A stretch of 64,000 bases of DNA from positions 1,760,001-1,824,000 of the forward strand of contig CBDCCK010000002.1 of NCBI GenBank assembly GCA_965214835.1, in the 5' to 3' direction. The notes under the pieces were generated by a model. That model was not told the DNA's origin. It did no database searches and worked only from the letters and a program-made list of their open reading frames with translations. Every line of letters begins with the position of its first letter. Within the stretch, counting starts at the first letter, position 1. A program made the translations under genes and the position numbers. Of the stretch, positions 1 through 11,414 are shown in pieces. The stretch is from Nitrosopumilaceae archaeon. GTDB lineage: Archaea > Thermoproteota > Nitrososphaeria > Nitrososphaerales > Nitrosopumilaceae.

Positions 1-602
1 AGCTTTTCAGAGTAGGCCAAAAACGGCTCGTCTACAATCTCAAGATCCTTTTGCAGCTGGCGGATGAACTCCTTGTCGTCCTCTGTGGGCTCGAACCTCT
101 CATCCCTGACTTTTTTCTTCTCCTCGGAGGGCCTGACCTCGTGCTTTTTTTCCTCCACCATGTCCAGTTTTACGCCTATCTTGAACAGCCTGATCGTAGG
201 CAGCATCCTGACCCTTTTGATTCCCGAGAGCACTGAGAACTTGTCCAGCTCCGTCTTGAGGTCAGAGCCGGGCGGGGTGGCCAGAGTAAACCACAGGTTA
301 AACTCGTGCCTCCTCTCGTAGTTGTGGCTCACGCCGGGATGCCTGTTGATCTGGCCGGCCACATGCTCTAGTTTTTCAGGCTCGACCTCCATTGCAACAA
401 GGGAGCTCCGGTAGCCGAGCCTCCTGGTATCAAAGATGGCGCTGAGCTGCCGTAAGACGCCGGACCGCTTCATCTGCCTTAGCTTGTCCATTACGACCTC
501 GGGGGATGAGTTGAATTTCTTTGCTATGGCATGGTACGGCCTTTCGGTCAGGGGAAAGGTCCACTGGATCTCGTTTAGAATCTCCCTGTCCAGATCATCC
601 AT
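1..602 (-). CDS. Lrp/AsnC-fold siroheme decarboxylase-like protein (AhbA/B, NirDL type); 3' end runs off the window
   Basis: Manual translation from CAT at 600-602 gives MDDLDREILNEIQWTFPLTERPY...GVSHNYERRHEFNLWFT; SHNYER..NLWFT is typical of this family. No stop codon inside the window. Confidence 0.8.
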   Translation of the reverse strand, partial: MDDLDREILNEIQWTFPLTERPYHAIAKKFNSSPEVVMDKLRQMKRSGVLRQLSAIFDTRRLGYRSSLVAMEVEPEKLEHVAGQINRHPGVSHNYERRHEFNLWFTLATPPGSDLKTELDKFSVLSGIKRVRMLPTIRLFKIGVKLDMVEEKKHEVRPSEEKKKVRDERFEPTEDDKEFIRQLQKDLEIVDEPFLAYSEK

Positions 603-808
603 GGATGCCAATACTGGCAGAATTCAGCAGTTCAATTAAAAATGTAACGTAGGGCACGGGGACAACCGGTTGGGCGGGGCACGGGGGATGAGGCCGATGC
701 CGAGACCAATCCCGGCGGAACCGGAGAAAAAATGCACAATCTCCAGCGAGACAATGACGGCAAGAATCTTGACGTCGGCAAGTCGGTCAACAAGGAGGGA
801 ATGGAGTA

Positions 809-994
809 ATGGGGTACAATTACGGCCAGAGGCGCGGCAGGGGGCAGGAGCTCAACGTAGGCCACGATGACAGTCTCATCGGCTATGCGCTCAGTGATCA
901 GAATCTATCCTTTGAAAAACACGACGTGCAGGACGTGGCCGATATTGTGAACCGCCAGCTTGATGATGCAGAGAGGAGGCTGAGGCGCAGATGA
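809..994 (+). CDS. small hypothetical protein, translationally coupled to its neighbours
   Basis: 61-aa ORF. Its ATG overlaps an upstream TAA (TAATG) and its stop overlaps the next ATG (ATGA). Confidence 0.55.
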   Translation: MGYNYGQRRGRGQELNVGHDDSLIGYALSDQNLSFEKHDVQDVADIVNRQLDDAERRLRRR

Positions 995-1455
995 GCAGCA
1001 GGAGGGAACCAATCGAGGACGACGGCGGCACGTCCAATATCGCGCCATATGCCACGCTAACCGGGCTACTGCAATTCTTGGGGCTGGAGGAGGCCGCGCC
1101 GGTACTGGAGGGCCGTATTCAGCAGTGCCTTGACGCGGCCAACCAGTCCGTTGATGCCGAGCTAGCGCCGTACCTACACGAGGACATACCGCTAAAGCCA
1201 GGATCCAACATGGTGCAGCTGATAGGCAACCTCGTGATCTACAAGGCACTCTCAATCTATTATCTGACAGTGAACCACAGCAAGGAGCAGTCCGAGCATC
1301 ATATGCAGATTTACAAGAACCTCATGGAATCACTAGTTACAATGCTCAAGGCAGAGCGCAACACCAGGACAAAAACGGCGCTGGTGGCCGCCGAGGATCC
1401 CTTGCAGGACCGCGTACAGCTGCCCTCCCAGAGGGACGCGTTTATTCTGGATTAG
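991..1455 (+). CDS. putative viral head-tail adaptor-like protein (Mu gp36/DUF1320-like)
   Basis: Pattern YATLTGL...IQQCLDAANQSVDAELAPYL...IPL...ALSIYY...Y..LM resembles head-completion proteins; recognised by eye. Confidence 0.5.
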   Translation: MSSRREPIEDDGGTSNIAPYATLTGLLQFLGLEEAAPVLEGRIQQCLDAANQSVDAELAPYLHEDIPLKPGSNMVQLIGNLVIYKALSIYYLTVNHSKEQSEHHMQIYKNLMESLVTMLKAERNTRTKTALVAAEDPLQDRVQLPSQRDAFILD

Positions 1456-1550
1456 TTTGGTTTATAACAACACTGTACGGGATGCAGTGCATGGATTCAG
1501 ACCAGAGTGCAAGGCCGTCGTCAGCTTGGTATCTGGCACCGATATTCCTA

Positions 1551-2649
1551 TAGTGACGACCATAAGTTTTTGATCAACCCGGATCCGACCCGATATACGA
1601 CATAATATCATCCGCGAAGCTGGTAGTCCTCAGGTATTCTGACAGCGTCTTTCTCATCTCCTCGAATGTTGCATAGTACTCGGAGACGAGGACGTCCCGC
1701 TTTGCCCGGTGCCAGTATTCCTCCATGCCGCTGAGCTCCGGGGTGGCAACCGGCAGATACCTGACCCTTACGGTGTCCGAATTGTCTGCCACGAACTTTT
1801 TTACATCCCGGGTGGTATGCGCAGACGCGCCGTCCATTATTACCGGGACCTTTCCAAAGTGACTGCGGGGCTCCTTGAGATACCTGAGGAATGTCGGGCC
1901 GTCAAACTTGTCGTACGTCCGGAGGAAGCGGCGTCCGTCCGTGGCAATTGCGCCATAGGCCACAGTCCTGCGGCGGTTCCCCCTGTATGTAACCGTGATC
2001 GGCGTTCCTACTGCAGACCAGTACCTGCGCCCGACGATCGGGGCGTCTACGAAGATCGACTCGTCCTGGATTACGGTGGTAAAACCCTCCCCTTCCAGGC
2101 GTGAAATATGCCTTTTTGCGTTGCGCTGCCACCTGCGTATGGTGTCGACGTCTGCCTTGCTCTTGTGCACAAGCTCCGGCGTCTTGGGCTACATGTTCTG
2201 CTCCCTCATCAGCCTCCTGGCAGAGGACGGGTGGTACTGCACGCCGGTCCTGTCGCGTATTTCGACGGCCAGAATCCTGGGTGTGATCACGCCGTCGTGG
2301 GCATCATCGATGATCTCGGAGATGATCTCGGGCTTTACCTTGGGCGGCCTTCCGCTGCGGGAGTGATCCCGGGGGCATCAATGTCCCCCTTCCTCAAAGC
2401 GGCTGATCCACTGCCGTATGCAGTTGGGGGCACGCATGAGAAGTTTTGCCGTACTGCCTACGTCCTCACCATGTACACAGACTGCGTTGACTGCTGCTAT
2501 CCTGAGCACGACCGGGGGATCCTTTTCTGTCTTTGATGCCGCTCTGAGCTCCTCCGTCAGTTCAGTATCCATGCAATACATGGAACATGGCGATCAAAAT
2601 GTGTTGCTGCTGGTTTTTTTTTGACCTCAAAGACTTTTAATCGTCACTA
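1551..2649 (-). mobile_element. IS630-family element with pseudogenised transposase
   Basis: TIR TAGTGACGA/TCGTCACTA flanked by TA. ORF pieces 2378-2581 (HTH) and 1574-2170 (QDES...MDGAS...PELSGMEEYW) are separated by a frameshift and an in-frame stop. Confidence 0.9.
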
Positions 2650-2672
2650 TAGGACTGATCGGCGGATTCATC

Positions 2673-3092
2673 ATGTATTTTGGAATTAGGGATCGTGATC
2701 CGGGCAGGGCGAGAAATGGCATGGTTATCGGGATCGTGATTACGGTTATGTTCCTGATATTGATCATGTTTGCAATATACGCGTCACAACAAGCGATCAT
2801 AAATTCTGGTGTCCGCGAACAATTGGAAGAGGCTCGCGAGCAACTGGATGCATATGACCCACGGCCCGAGCCCGAACCGTCAACGACAGAACAGGAAACA
2901 CCAACACCTCAGAACCCGACACTAGACAAAATCATTGCTTATGATCCGTCACTAGCTGCGATGTTTTCTGATGCCAGATTTAACAGCCCAAATAGGGAGC
3001 CCTCTCATGACGAGTTTTGGATCAAGACGGAGGATGGCGTATTCACACAATTCACTCTCGAGTACATGGCCTCGCTGATTGATAATCAGTAG
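2673..3092 (+). CDS. hypothetical membrane-anchored protein; last codons replaced by the adjacent IS end
   Basis: N-terminal hydrophobic segment. The stop lies inside the IS TIR; removing the IS restores ...LIDNVY-stop. Confidence 0.6.
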   Translation: MYFGIRDRDPGRARNGMVIGIVITVMFLILIMFAIYASQQAIINSGVREQLEEAREQLDAYDPRPEPEPSTTEQETPTPQNPTLDKIIAYDPSLAAMFSDARFNSPNREPSHDEFWIKTEDGVFTQFTLEYMASLIDNQ

Positions 3093-4454
3093 TTGAAAAT
3101 GTACCCCATAAATCCGTCTAGCCGGGATCATGCCGCCGTCGCCCCACCCCGATCCTGTCGGCATCCGGCGCACGGAGGCAGCACGAATACAGGACCACGG
3201 CATACATCAGAGTCAGCAGCGCCATGACGCGGGTCTTTGGGTCTCCCGAGTCCCTCATTGTCAGCCATATGTTGCATACTGCAAGCGACATGTAAAACAA
3301 AAGCACACGCAGGATAGGATTCCTGCTGACGGTCCGCGGCCTGACGCTCTTGGCACAGCGGTATCCGGTCTCTATGCCCCACCTGTTCCGGTACTCTCTT
3401 GTCACATGGCAGAACAGCTGCCGATAGCTGCAGCAGCGCACCGTGGTCGCAAACACGTGGTATCTGTCAAAGACGTTCTTTGCCTTGGACCTTGGGATCT
3501 TCTTGATGACCAGCGTGAACGTGAACTCTTTGCCGTCTGACGACCTCATGGTATACCTTGATACTGCCTTTCTCTTGCCGCGGGCGCGCTGCACTATGGC
3601 CCTCTTTATCCCCGGCGTCTTGACTGCGGGCATGATGAATGCAAACCCGGGTTCGGATATGGCATCCATTACATCGACCGAAAAGAACCCCCTGTCAAGC
3701 AGGATGACGCTGCGCCTTGACCCAAGCCTGGGCGTAATGCCCAGAGCGGCGCATTTTTTGAGCATATTACGCACCAGATCGGCCTGTTTGTCGCCCTCGG
3801 TCACCATGCGGCAGGCCGTATGCACGTCGGCGCCGGCCTTGGATGTCAGCTTGCATGTCATGTACTGCTCATAGTTGATGGTGCCCCTGTCGCGCTTTGA
3901 CTTTACCAGGTGCTTTATGTCGGTTTTCTTGTCGTATCTGGGCAGCTTGGTCTCGTCTATGGCAAGGACAGGCGCCTTGTGGCTCCTTTGGAGGGAGCAA
4001 AGCTGCCTGCCCACCGCCTCGGCGGCCGTGTAATGCAGCATTGCATCGCACCTTTTCTCCATCGTGGACAGTCTTGCGTGCCCCAGCTTTGCAAGAAGCC
4101 AGGCCGAGCTGGGCACCGCGGCCCCGGCGCCTTCTGATGCAAGAAGTGCAAGCTTTTGGGCGGTATAGTGCGCACATGCGGAACGCTCCGACATGGATGC
4201 AATCAGGCGGGAGGCGTCTTCCAAGCCCCACATGGCGTTGTGTCTTGAGGAGAACTTGATTTTCAGCATGCCTACTGCGGTAACCAAGAATTTAAATCCG
4301 GCCTCACCGTACCTTGTGTGGTGTTTCTGTTGGGTTTGGTTCATTATCAAGGTAGACAGGAACACCGCTGTTTATAGCTCGATTGGTGAAAAAATCATGT
4401 CAACTTGTTCAAAACATTCAGACACTTAAAAAGGGGGTACATTTTCAACTACTG
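3087..4454 (-). mobile_element. ISH3-like (IS4 superfamily) element, copy 1; transposase 3118-4365
   Basis: 21-bp TIR CAGTAGTTGAAAATGTACCCC, 5-bp TSD ATAAT, DDE motifs LAIDET, LLDRGF, YRNRWGIETGYR. Confidence 0.92.
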
Positions 4455-4555
4455 ATAATGTATACTAACCCCCTCTTTTTTCTTTGTACAACATCAGGCC
4501 CTCAACTTTCTAGGCGCAAGACATCCATCCAAATTTCCCATTCACGTCTGATTTC

Positions 4556-4873
4556 ATGGAGAACTTTACGTTGTACTTTTCTTTGAATAAAAAGTCAAAA
4601 TTTTTCATTGTAATTTTATTGTCAATAGCTATTCTAATTTCAATTAGTATGGTTAGGTATGAATACAGATATTCTATGTCTGAACCTGTCTATACAGGCA
4701 ATCCTGATGAATGTTGGTTTGAAGACGACACTGGAAAAATGACTGCGTGTAAAATAGAATCAGTCAACTCAGCGCACAAACTTCTGGCATCTGGTTTTTT
4801 TCGCGTTGGGCCTTGGGCAATTGTTGGTTTATTGATTTTTTTTATCTATTATACGAAAGTTAGGTCGCACTAA
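4556..4873 (+). CDS. small AT-rich membrane protein
   Basis: 105-aa ORF with two hydrophobic segments; visibly more AT-rich than the flanks. Confidence 0.55.
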   Translation: MENFTLYFSLNKKSKFFIVILLSIAILISISMVRYEYRYSMSEPVYTGNPDECWFEDDTGKMTACKIESVNSAHKLLASGFFRVGPWAIVGLLIFFIYYTKVRSH

Positions 4874-4943
4874 TTTGAAGAGGGTGGTTAAAAAGGACTA
4901 CTTTGGGCTTTATAGACGCTATATGAAATCTTATCTGTATCCT

Positions 4944-5064
4944 CAGTCTTCCCAGAAGTACGCGATTCATGACTGTCCAGATACCGGCAAGTGAATCTGC
5001 AGGCGTCATAACTTGGTTTGCTTCAAATCCGGAGCCGTTTTCTGGGTTACTTCTGGGAAGACTG
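4944..5064. mobile_element. MITE family F (about 121 bp)
   Basis: 17-bp TIR CAGTCTTCCCAGAAGTA. A diverged inverted homologue lies at about 14769-14890. No clear TSD. Confidence 0.7.
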
Positions 5065-5080
5065 AACATTTGCTGACGGC

Positions 5081-5377
5081 GTGGAAAAGATACATGAGCG
5101 AAGGCTCCGCATCAAGGACAACTCTTCATTTTTTGTGGTCGTTCCGTCCGTGATGGTACAAAGCCTGGGTTTGAGACCAGGCGAGCACATACGGTTCCAC
5201 GACCTTGGTGGCAAAGTCGTGCTGACACCCGGTGGAAAGAGCCTGTCAAAAAAGGACTTCACAGACGTTGACCGGTATGAGCGGGCCTTTGATGAGGCAA
5301 TGAAGGAAGGCAGACAAAAGATCGAAGGCTCCCCCGCCGGAGAGGCCGTCCCTATAGCAATGATCAGAAGTCTTTGA
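5081..5377 (+). CDS. AbrB/MazE-type DNA-binding protein; C-terminus cut by IS630
   Basis: SFFVVVPSVMVQSLGLRPGEHIRF is a looped-hinge AbrB motif. The IS TIR begins at 5355. Confidence 0.65.
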   Translation: MEKIHERRLRIKDNSSFFVVVPSVMVQSLGLRPGEHIRFHDLGGKVVLTPGGKSLSKKDFTDVDRYERAFDEAMKEGRQKIEGSPAGEAVPIAMIRSL

Positions 5378-6462
5378 GCCAAAACGGGATCATTCGAAAA
5401 GTATATGGATCGCCTAACCGGCGCAGAGGTATGGCAAAAGAAACAGACAGAAGCCTGTCAGAGGCCATGCGCAAGGAAAAGGATGTCAAAGTCTACAAGA
5501 AGATCATGGCGCTGATGTTTGTGCTAGAGGACGACGTGGGCGTGCCCGAGACTGCAAGAAGGGTCCGGTGCAGCGAGAATTCCGTGCGCAACTGGCTGGC
5601 GAGGTTTTCGGAGGACGGCATAGACGGCCTCCGGGATCTTCCCCGTTCCGGACGCAGGCCAAGGGCGGACAGAGAAAGTATTGCCGCCATAATGGACCTG
5701 TCCACTGCATGCAAAAGTACCGACGTCATGACGGTACGCGACGACATAAGGGATGCCACCGGGACAGAATACGGCATGGAACATGTCCGAAGGCTGATGC
5801 GCCGGCACGGCCTGTCGCGCCGCAAGGTGCAAAATATACATGCCAGCCATGCCGCCCCGAGCTCGGTATACTCGTGGCAGTGGTATCTTGAAAACGTGCG
5901 GATTCCGTGCCTGAAAGACGACGGTTTTACGCCGGTATCCTCTGACGAGTCGTTCTTTGTGCAGGGCGCATACGACAGGCACGTATGGGGTCCGGTCGGC
6001 ACCAGAAGCGTGGCATCGTATTCGGGGGACCACACAAAGGTGGCCGTGTTTGGAAGCATCGCAGAGGACGGCAGAAGGCTGTTCAGGACGCTTGCAGGAT
6101 CCTTTACGTCGGTGCAGTTCATGGAATGTCTGGAGGCGCTGCGCGCCAAGTTCGGCAGGGCTGCCGTCTTTTGCGACAGGCGGGGCGCGCGCAGATCTGC
6201 TGACGTCGCAGAATATCTGGCCGGCCATCCCGACGTCAGGCTGATAATGATCCCGAGGGGATCGCCGTACCTCAATGTCGTGGAAGAATGCTGGAACCTG
6301 GGCAAGCATGCCGTGTTCATGGGGATAGTGTACAGAAAGATCAGCGAGCTGCGGCACACCGTATCCGAGTATTACAGGACGGCGTCGTTTGCCCACCTCT
6401 GCATGTACAAGTACATCTACAGATCGCCGGTCAAAGCCCTCAATTACTTGTGACCGTTGCTA
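5355..6462 (+). mobile_element. IS630-family element; transposase 5431-6453
   Basis: TIR TAGCAATGATCA/TGACCGTTGCTA with flanking TA; HTH plus DDE_3 motifs (SDES, FCDR, SPYLNVVEECW). Confidence 0.9.
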
Positions 6463-6463
6463 T

Positions 6464-7333
6464 AATTTTGAAGTGATAGATGGGCAGCAGCGAACCATTT
6501 CTATCTGCCAATATGTAGGCGGTGACTTTTCAATTGACGGGATGGCATTTCATAATCTCCAAAAAGACAAACAGGAACAGATACTGAATTACACTTTAAT
6601 GGTTTATCTGTGCTCTGGAACCGACAGTGAAAAATTAGATTGGTTCGAGACAATCAACATTGCAGGAGAGGAACTCACAAACCAGGAATTACGGAATGCC
6701 GTTTACTCCGGTTCGTGGGTTTCAGATGCAAAACGCTATTTTTCCAAAGACAGCCGCCCAAAAATCGGTGATGACTATCTGGGTGGTGTTGCAAACAGGC
6801 AGGATTATTTGGAAACTGCCATTAATTGGATTTCTGACGGACACATCAATGACTATATGTCAAAGCATCAGCATGACAAGAACGCAAAGGTGTTGTGGGA
6901 ATACTTTAAGGCAGTAATAGACTGGGTTAAGACTACTTTTACTCACTATCGAAAGGAAATGAAGGGGGTTCCGTTCGGCACACTATACAACGAGTACAAG
7001 AATGAAAAATTTGACGCAGAGAGGCTGGAAGAGGAGACTGCCAGTCTGATGGAGGATGAGGATGTGACAAACAAAAAAGGTGTCTATTCTTACCTTCTGA
7101 CCAGAAAAGAAAAATTTCTAAACATACGCGCCTTTAACACCAAGCAAAAAAGGGAGACATATGAAAGACAGAAAGGCATCTGTGACAAATGTGACAGACA
7201 TTTTGAAATTGATGAAATGGAGGCAGATCACAAAAAGCCCTGGCATAAGGGCGGAAAAACCGTAACGGATAACTGTCAGATGCTCTGCAAGAAATGCCAT
7301 GATGATAAATCAAGAAGCCGCTTTCGCGGCTAG
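6464..7333 (+). pseudogene. N-terminally truncated DUF262 (GmrS/ParB-like) + HNH endonuclease
   Basis: Begins directly after the IS at NFEVIDGQQRT (DUF262 DGQQR motif), includes F..IN..GE.L and the C-terminal CDKC...EADHKKPW..GG...NCQMLCKKCH HNH. No native start codon. Confidence 0.8.
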
Positions 7334-7635
7334 GGCGCCATCGCTTCAATCTGGAGAAGATCCACATTTCAGGTGTCCAAGCTCACACAGAACAATCTGA
7401 AAGGCCCAGATTGCATGGCCTTCCTGATCCCGGTGAAATTCCATGTCCCGAAGATTGCACAGAACCCCGGCCCACAAGGTTTAAAATGCAACACATCCTA
7501 TTAAGATTAGTTTCTGAGACTATGCTAGTTACACTAGCCTTTTTTAATTAAAATTAAGCTGATTGTCAACAAAAGTTGAAAATAAACCGATCAAAAAAAA
7601 AGTTTAATAGCCCTGTCTTATGATTTAAAGACATA

Positions 7636-8358
7636 ATGGACAGCATCTGTGTGAGGACTCCACTCCATATCCAACAGCTATTAGAAACTAAATCCATGGA
7701 GAAAAGCATGACAGTAGGTCAGTATGCCGAGCATCTCGTAAGGAAGGGCATCTCCACAATCATGTATTATCATCAATTCCATGCAAACGGCGATACTCTA
7801 GGTGAGAAGGTCACCAGCTCATTGGTGAGGTATGGGATAAAGAGCGCCTCCAACATACGTCTAGGTGCTAGGATCAAGATCGATCCCATACAGTTGGCAG
7901 CCGAAGAGGATCAGCGCTGGGAGCAGATAGTAACCATGTACCAAGGTGCAGCTAAAACGAGCGGCACGACATTCCTGATAACCAGTCAGCTGAACGAGTT
8001 CATACGGGACGCCGCCAAGCAGTTACACAAACCGATGAGCCTTGTGTTTTTGACATATTTGCAGTTGGGTCTTGCCGTATTGGTTTGGCGCGGCGGCCGT
8101 AGTGAGGATCTGCCGCGAAAGGACATAGAGCGCATAGACCAAATACTGGATGACATCTACATGTCTGAGGCCGAGCTGGAGTTCACTGGACGTGGCTTGG
8201 AAGTATACATCGTCAAAAAAAAAGCAAGTCCCAAAATCCCTCATGGAGAGGCAATTAAAATGATCAAAGATGGTCCGTTGGCTAGACCACGAATCAACGC
8301 CAACCGAGACCGCCAAAAGCAACCTCCAAAACCAAGAGGTCAAGGAGGCTACCAATGA
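7636..8358 (+). CDS. hypothetical protein with two possible ribbon-helix-helix segments
   Basis: 240-aa ORF after an AT-rich promoter-like region. SICVRTPLHIQQLL... and TTFLITSQLNEFIRDAAKQLHKPMS look RHH-like. Confidence 0.55.
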   Translation: MDSICVRTPLHIQQLLETKSMEKSMTVGQYAEHLVRKGISTIMYYHQFHANGDTLGEKVTSSLVRYGIKSASNIRLGARIKIDPIQLAAEEDQRWEQIVTMYQGAAKTSGTTFLITSQLNEFIRDAAKQLHKPMSLVFLTYLQLGLAVLVWRGGRSEDLPRKDIERIDQILDDIYMSEAELEFTGRGLEVYIVKKKASPKIPHGEAIKMIKDGPLARPRINANRDRQKQPPKPRGQGGYQ

Positions 8359-8361
8359 CTA

Positions 8362-9455
8362 TACTGATGGTCATTGAAAATTTCGCCTGATCACACATCT
8401 TGTAAAGGTTTATAGCTCCCCACCATGTCACTCCCGGCATGAACAAGACGAAAATCCTCACGGATGCCATGCATGTCGAAAAGGATCTCAAGACTCACAC
8501 CAGAATCATGGCGGTGCGCTCCGTACTGCTTGGCAACACCACCGCACATACTGCGGAGATTGCCGACGTGACACAGCGCACCGTACAGATGTGGGTTGAA
8601 AGGTTCGAGCTTGACGGCATCGAGGGCCTCCGTGACTCCCCCAACAGGGGCAAAAAACCAAAGGTTCCGGTCGGCAGGATAAAAAAGATCGCCACGAGGC
8701 TGCGCAGGATGGAAAAGCTCACCCCGAAGAAGCTGTGCAACTGGGTGCGCCACAGGCTGCATGTCACATACAGCGTGGGAAGCATCAGGAGGATCCTGCG
8801 CGCGATGGGGTTTTCGCTAAAGACATCAACTACCAAGCTGGCAGATGCTGCCGACGCAAAAGCTGTAAGACGGTGGCAAAGAGAGGCAAAAACTGCGATA
8901 AAGCTTGCAAAAAGGCGCGGATTTAGGATAACCGTACAGGACGAATCGATATTCGTCAGTACGGGAAGGGACGGCAAAAAGTTCTGGTCGCCCGTGGGGG
9001 ACAGGATCGAGGTGGAACGATCCGGCAGAAGGGAGCGCGTCGTGGTATACGGGACGATTGCAGACGACGGAACCAGGCTGATGCGCACGTACGACAGGTT
9101 CAACAGCGCAAACTTTGTGCATTATCTTAAACAGGCGCACAAAAAGTGGGGAAAGGTCCTGATGGTGATGGACAACGCAGCACAGCACAAGACCAAAAAG
9201 GTCCGCAGATACCTAAAGAAAAATCCCGACGTTGTCTTGCTGTACCTGCCGGTAGTTAGGCCGGAGCTGAGCGCCATAGAGGCAGTCTGGAAGGATGCCA
9301 AGTACAGGCTGGTCACGTCTGCCTTTTACGACACGGTGGATCACCTCAAAAAGGCCGTCTCGGAATACTTTAGGACGTGTTCCATCAGGGTTGACATCTA
9401 CAAGTATCTTGAGCGCAGCTTGTAAGGGAGGCGAAATTTTCAATGGTCATCAGTA
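8362..9455 (+). mobile_element. IS630-family element with intact transposase 8439-9425
   Basis: About 27-bp TIR TACTGATG(G/A)(T/C)CATTGAAAATTTCGCCT, TA duplication, motifs QDES/MDNA/PELSAIEAVW. Confidence 0.93.
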
Positions 9456-9493
9456 TAGTAGGTTCCAGCCCATTATAAGATTTGCTAGGTGGT

Positions 9494-10786
9494 CAGCTAA
9501 GTGAAAAGTACCCCAGATCCTGCGTCATGGAGGGGGCTTGGGCTCCCTGATATAGATCCCCATACACTCCTTGAACACCAGCATCGTCATGACGTTTTGC
9601 ACCCCGGGCCCCTCGCTGAGCAGCGCCCGGATAATTATCCACTCGTTGAACAGTACCATCGAATAGTAAAAGCACAGCATCCTGGCTGCCAGGTCGACGG
9701 TTCGGGTCTTGGCCCTGCACTCCTCTAGCTTGGCGTATCCTGTCTCGATTCCCCACCTTGACGAGTACAGCTCGATCCTGATCTTGGGACAGTTCGTTGC
9801 AAACCCGATGAGCTTTTTCTCCGGTCTGTCCTCTGCCGCATACACCGGCTTGTTGCCGTCCCCGGACTTTTTCCTGTCCGTTATTATCATCGTGTACGTG
9901 GCCGAGTCCGTGTTGTTCTCGATTATGTTTCCGGATACCCGGGATCTCTTATCGTCATCGAACTCGCTGAGTGCTGCGACAACGTTGCCCGTGTTCCTGC
10001 ACGGCATCAGGAACTTTACTCCCCTCTCCTGCAGCATGGCAATCACCTCGACTGAGAAGAACTCGCGGTCAAGGAGGAGTAGGCGCACCTTGATTCCTGC
10101 CCTTTCAAGCTGGTCAAGGATCAAACCGGCCGATTCAGGCACGGAATCGAGCCTTTTTACGTGCAGCGCGCCCAGTGTCAGGCCCAGCCCGTCGTCGACG
10201 CACTCGGCAGTGATGTACCTCTCGGCGTATGTCGTCCCGTCCTTTTTCTTCTGGCGCGACAGGTTCTCGTCATGACTCCTGTCGTAGCGGGAGATCTTGT
10301 GCAGGTCTATTGCTATTGTCAGCCCTCTCTTGGGAATCCTTTTGGCCCTGCCCAGTCTTTCACACTGCCGTTTTATCTGCGCCTCAAAGGCCTCCTGCGC
10401 GGCCTCCGGGGTGGTCGCCTTGATCCTGTAGGCGTGCCACCTGGCAGAGGGCCCGGCGCCGCTTGTACACCCCGTGGCGTTGATGCATCCGCCCACCGAT
10501 GCGTCACTGAGGGCGCCGCGCATCATGCCGCGGTTCAGGTCGTCGATCCCGTATATGGCGTTGTGTTTCCCGGACATTCTGACGCAGGAGAGCATGTTCC
10601 TTCCGCCATCTGCAACATGTTCATATATGCGCGGGTTGTTCTCAAGATCGCGGCACTGTCTGGATTTTTGCGTCAACAAAAACCACGGGGCCGCACCGTA
10701 ATTGATCTGTTTGCATTTGCCAGTGTTGTCAAGACGGTCTAATTTTCTTGGTTTTCTGCCTGGCTGGGGTACTTTTCACTTAGCTG
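9494..10786 (-). mobile_element. ISH3-like element, second type; transposase 9525-10679
   Basis: TIR CAGCTAAGTGAAAAGTACCCCAG, 5-bp TSD GTGGT, motifs IAIDLH, LLDREF, YSSRWGIETGY. Confidence 0.92.
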
Positions 10787-11414
10787 GTGGTATCTGAGCG
10801 CCGACTATGTGTGTGATGGCGAAAAAACCCACTCTACACGGGATGCAGAGCCCAAAAACGAGGAGGAGGACTCTTGAAGACCTCCATTACATACGCCTAC
10901 TGTGAGGGCTGTAACAAGACGTTCCCGGCCAGCTATCATGGAGGTTCAAATCGGGGGCCACCACCAATGCCAGAATCATCTGTGCTGGCCTGGACGATGA
11001 AAGGCCTCAGGCTGTCAGTGGCATGGGCGCTGGTTTCACAAACTCCAAGGATCCGCAAACCGGCCAAAAAATCCTTTCAATGTGCATGGCGGGGGAGCTG
11101 TGCCGGCGTGGCCGAGTTGCAGGAGCTGGCAAAAAAGGGCTCGACTAACCCGACTGCCTCCAAACGCTTGCCCTAGATGCAGGCAGCGCCCTAGGTGATC
11201 CAGGTAGCGAAAAACTGCCGGCCGCGCAGTCATCAATCCCCGGCATCCAAAATCTCCAAGCCGGGTTTTTCATTTTTGTGCGTGTCCGGATGCAGTATGT
11301 CTGGATGGATGTGCCACATCCTTGTTCGGAGCTAGTCTTCTGGCTTGATTTGATCAAGCCGTCACTAGTGACTGCGGCCTCCTTGTGGCGCCTAGCTTGC
11401 CCGTGGCTCTGACA

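Noticed and set aside
10790-11410. Short ORFs 10874-11176, 11036-11236 and 11145-11357
   Set aside because: No motifs or coherent gene structure; probably decayed sequence.
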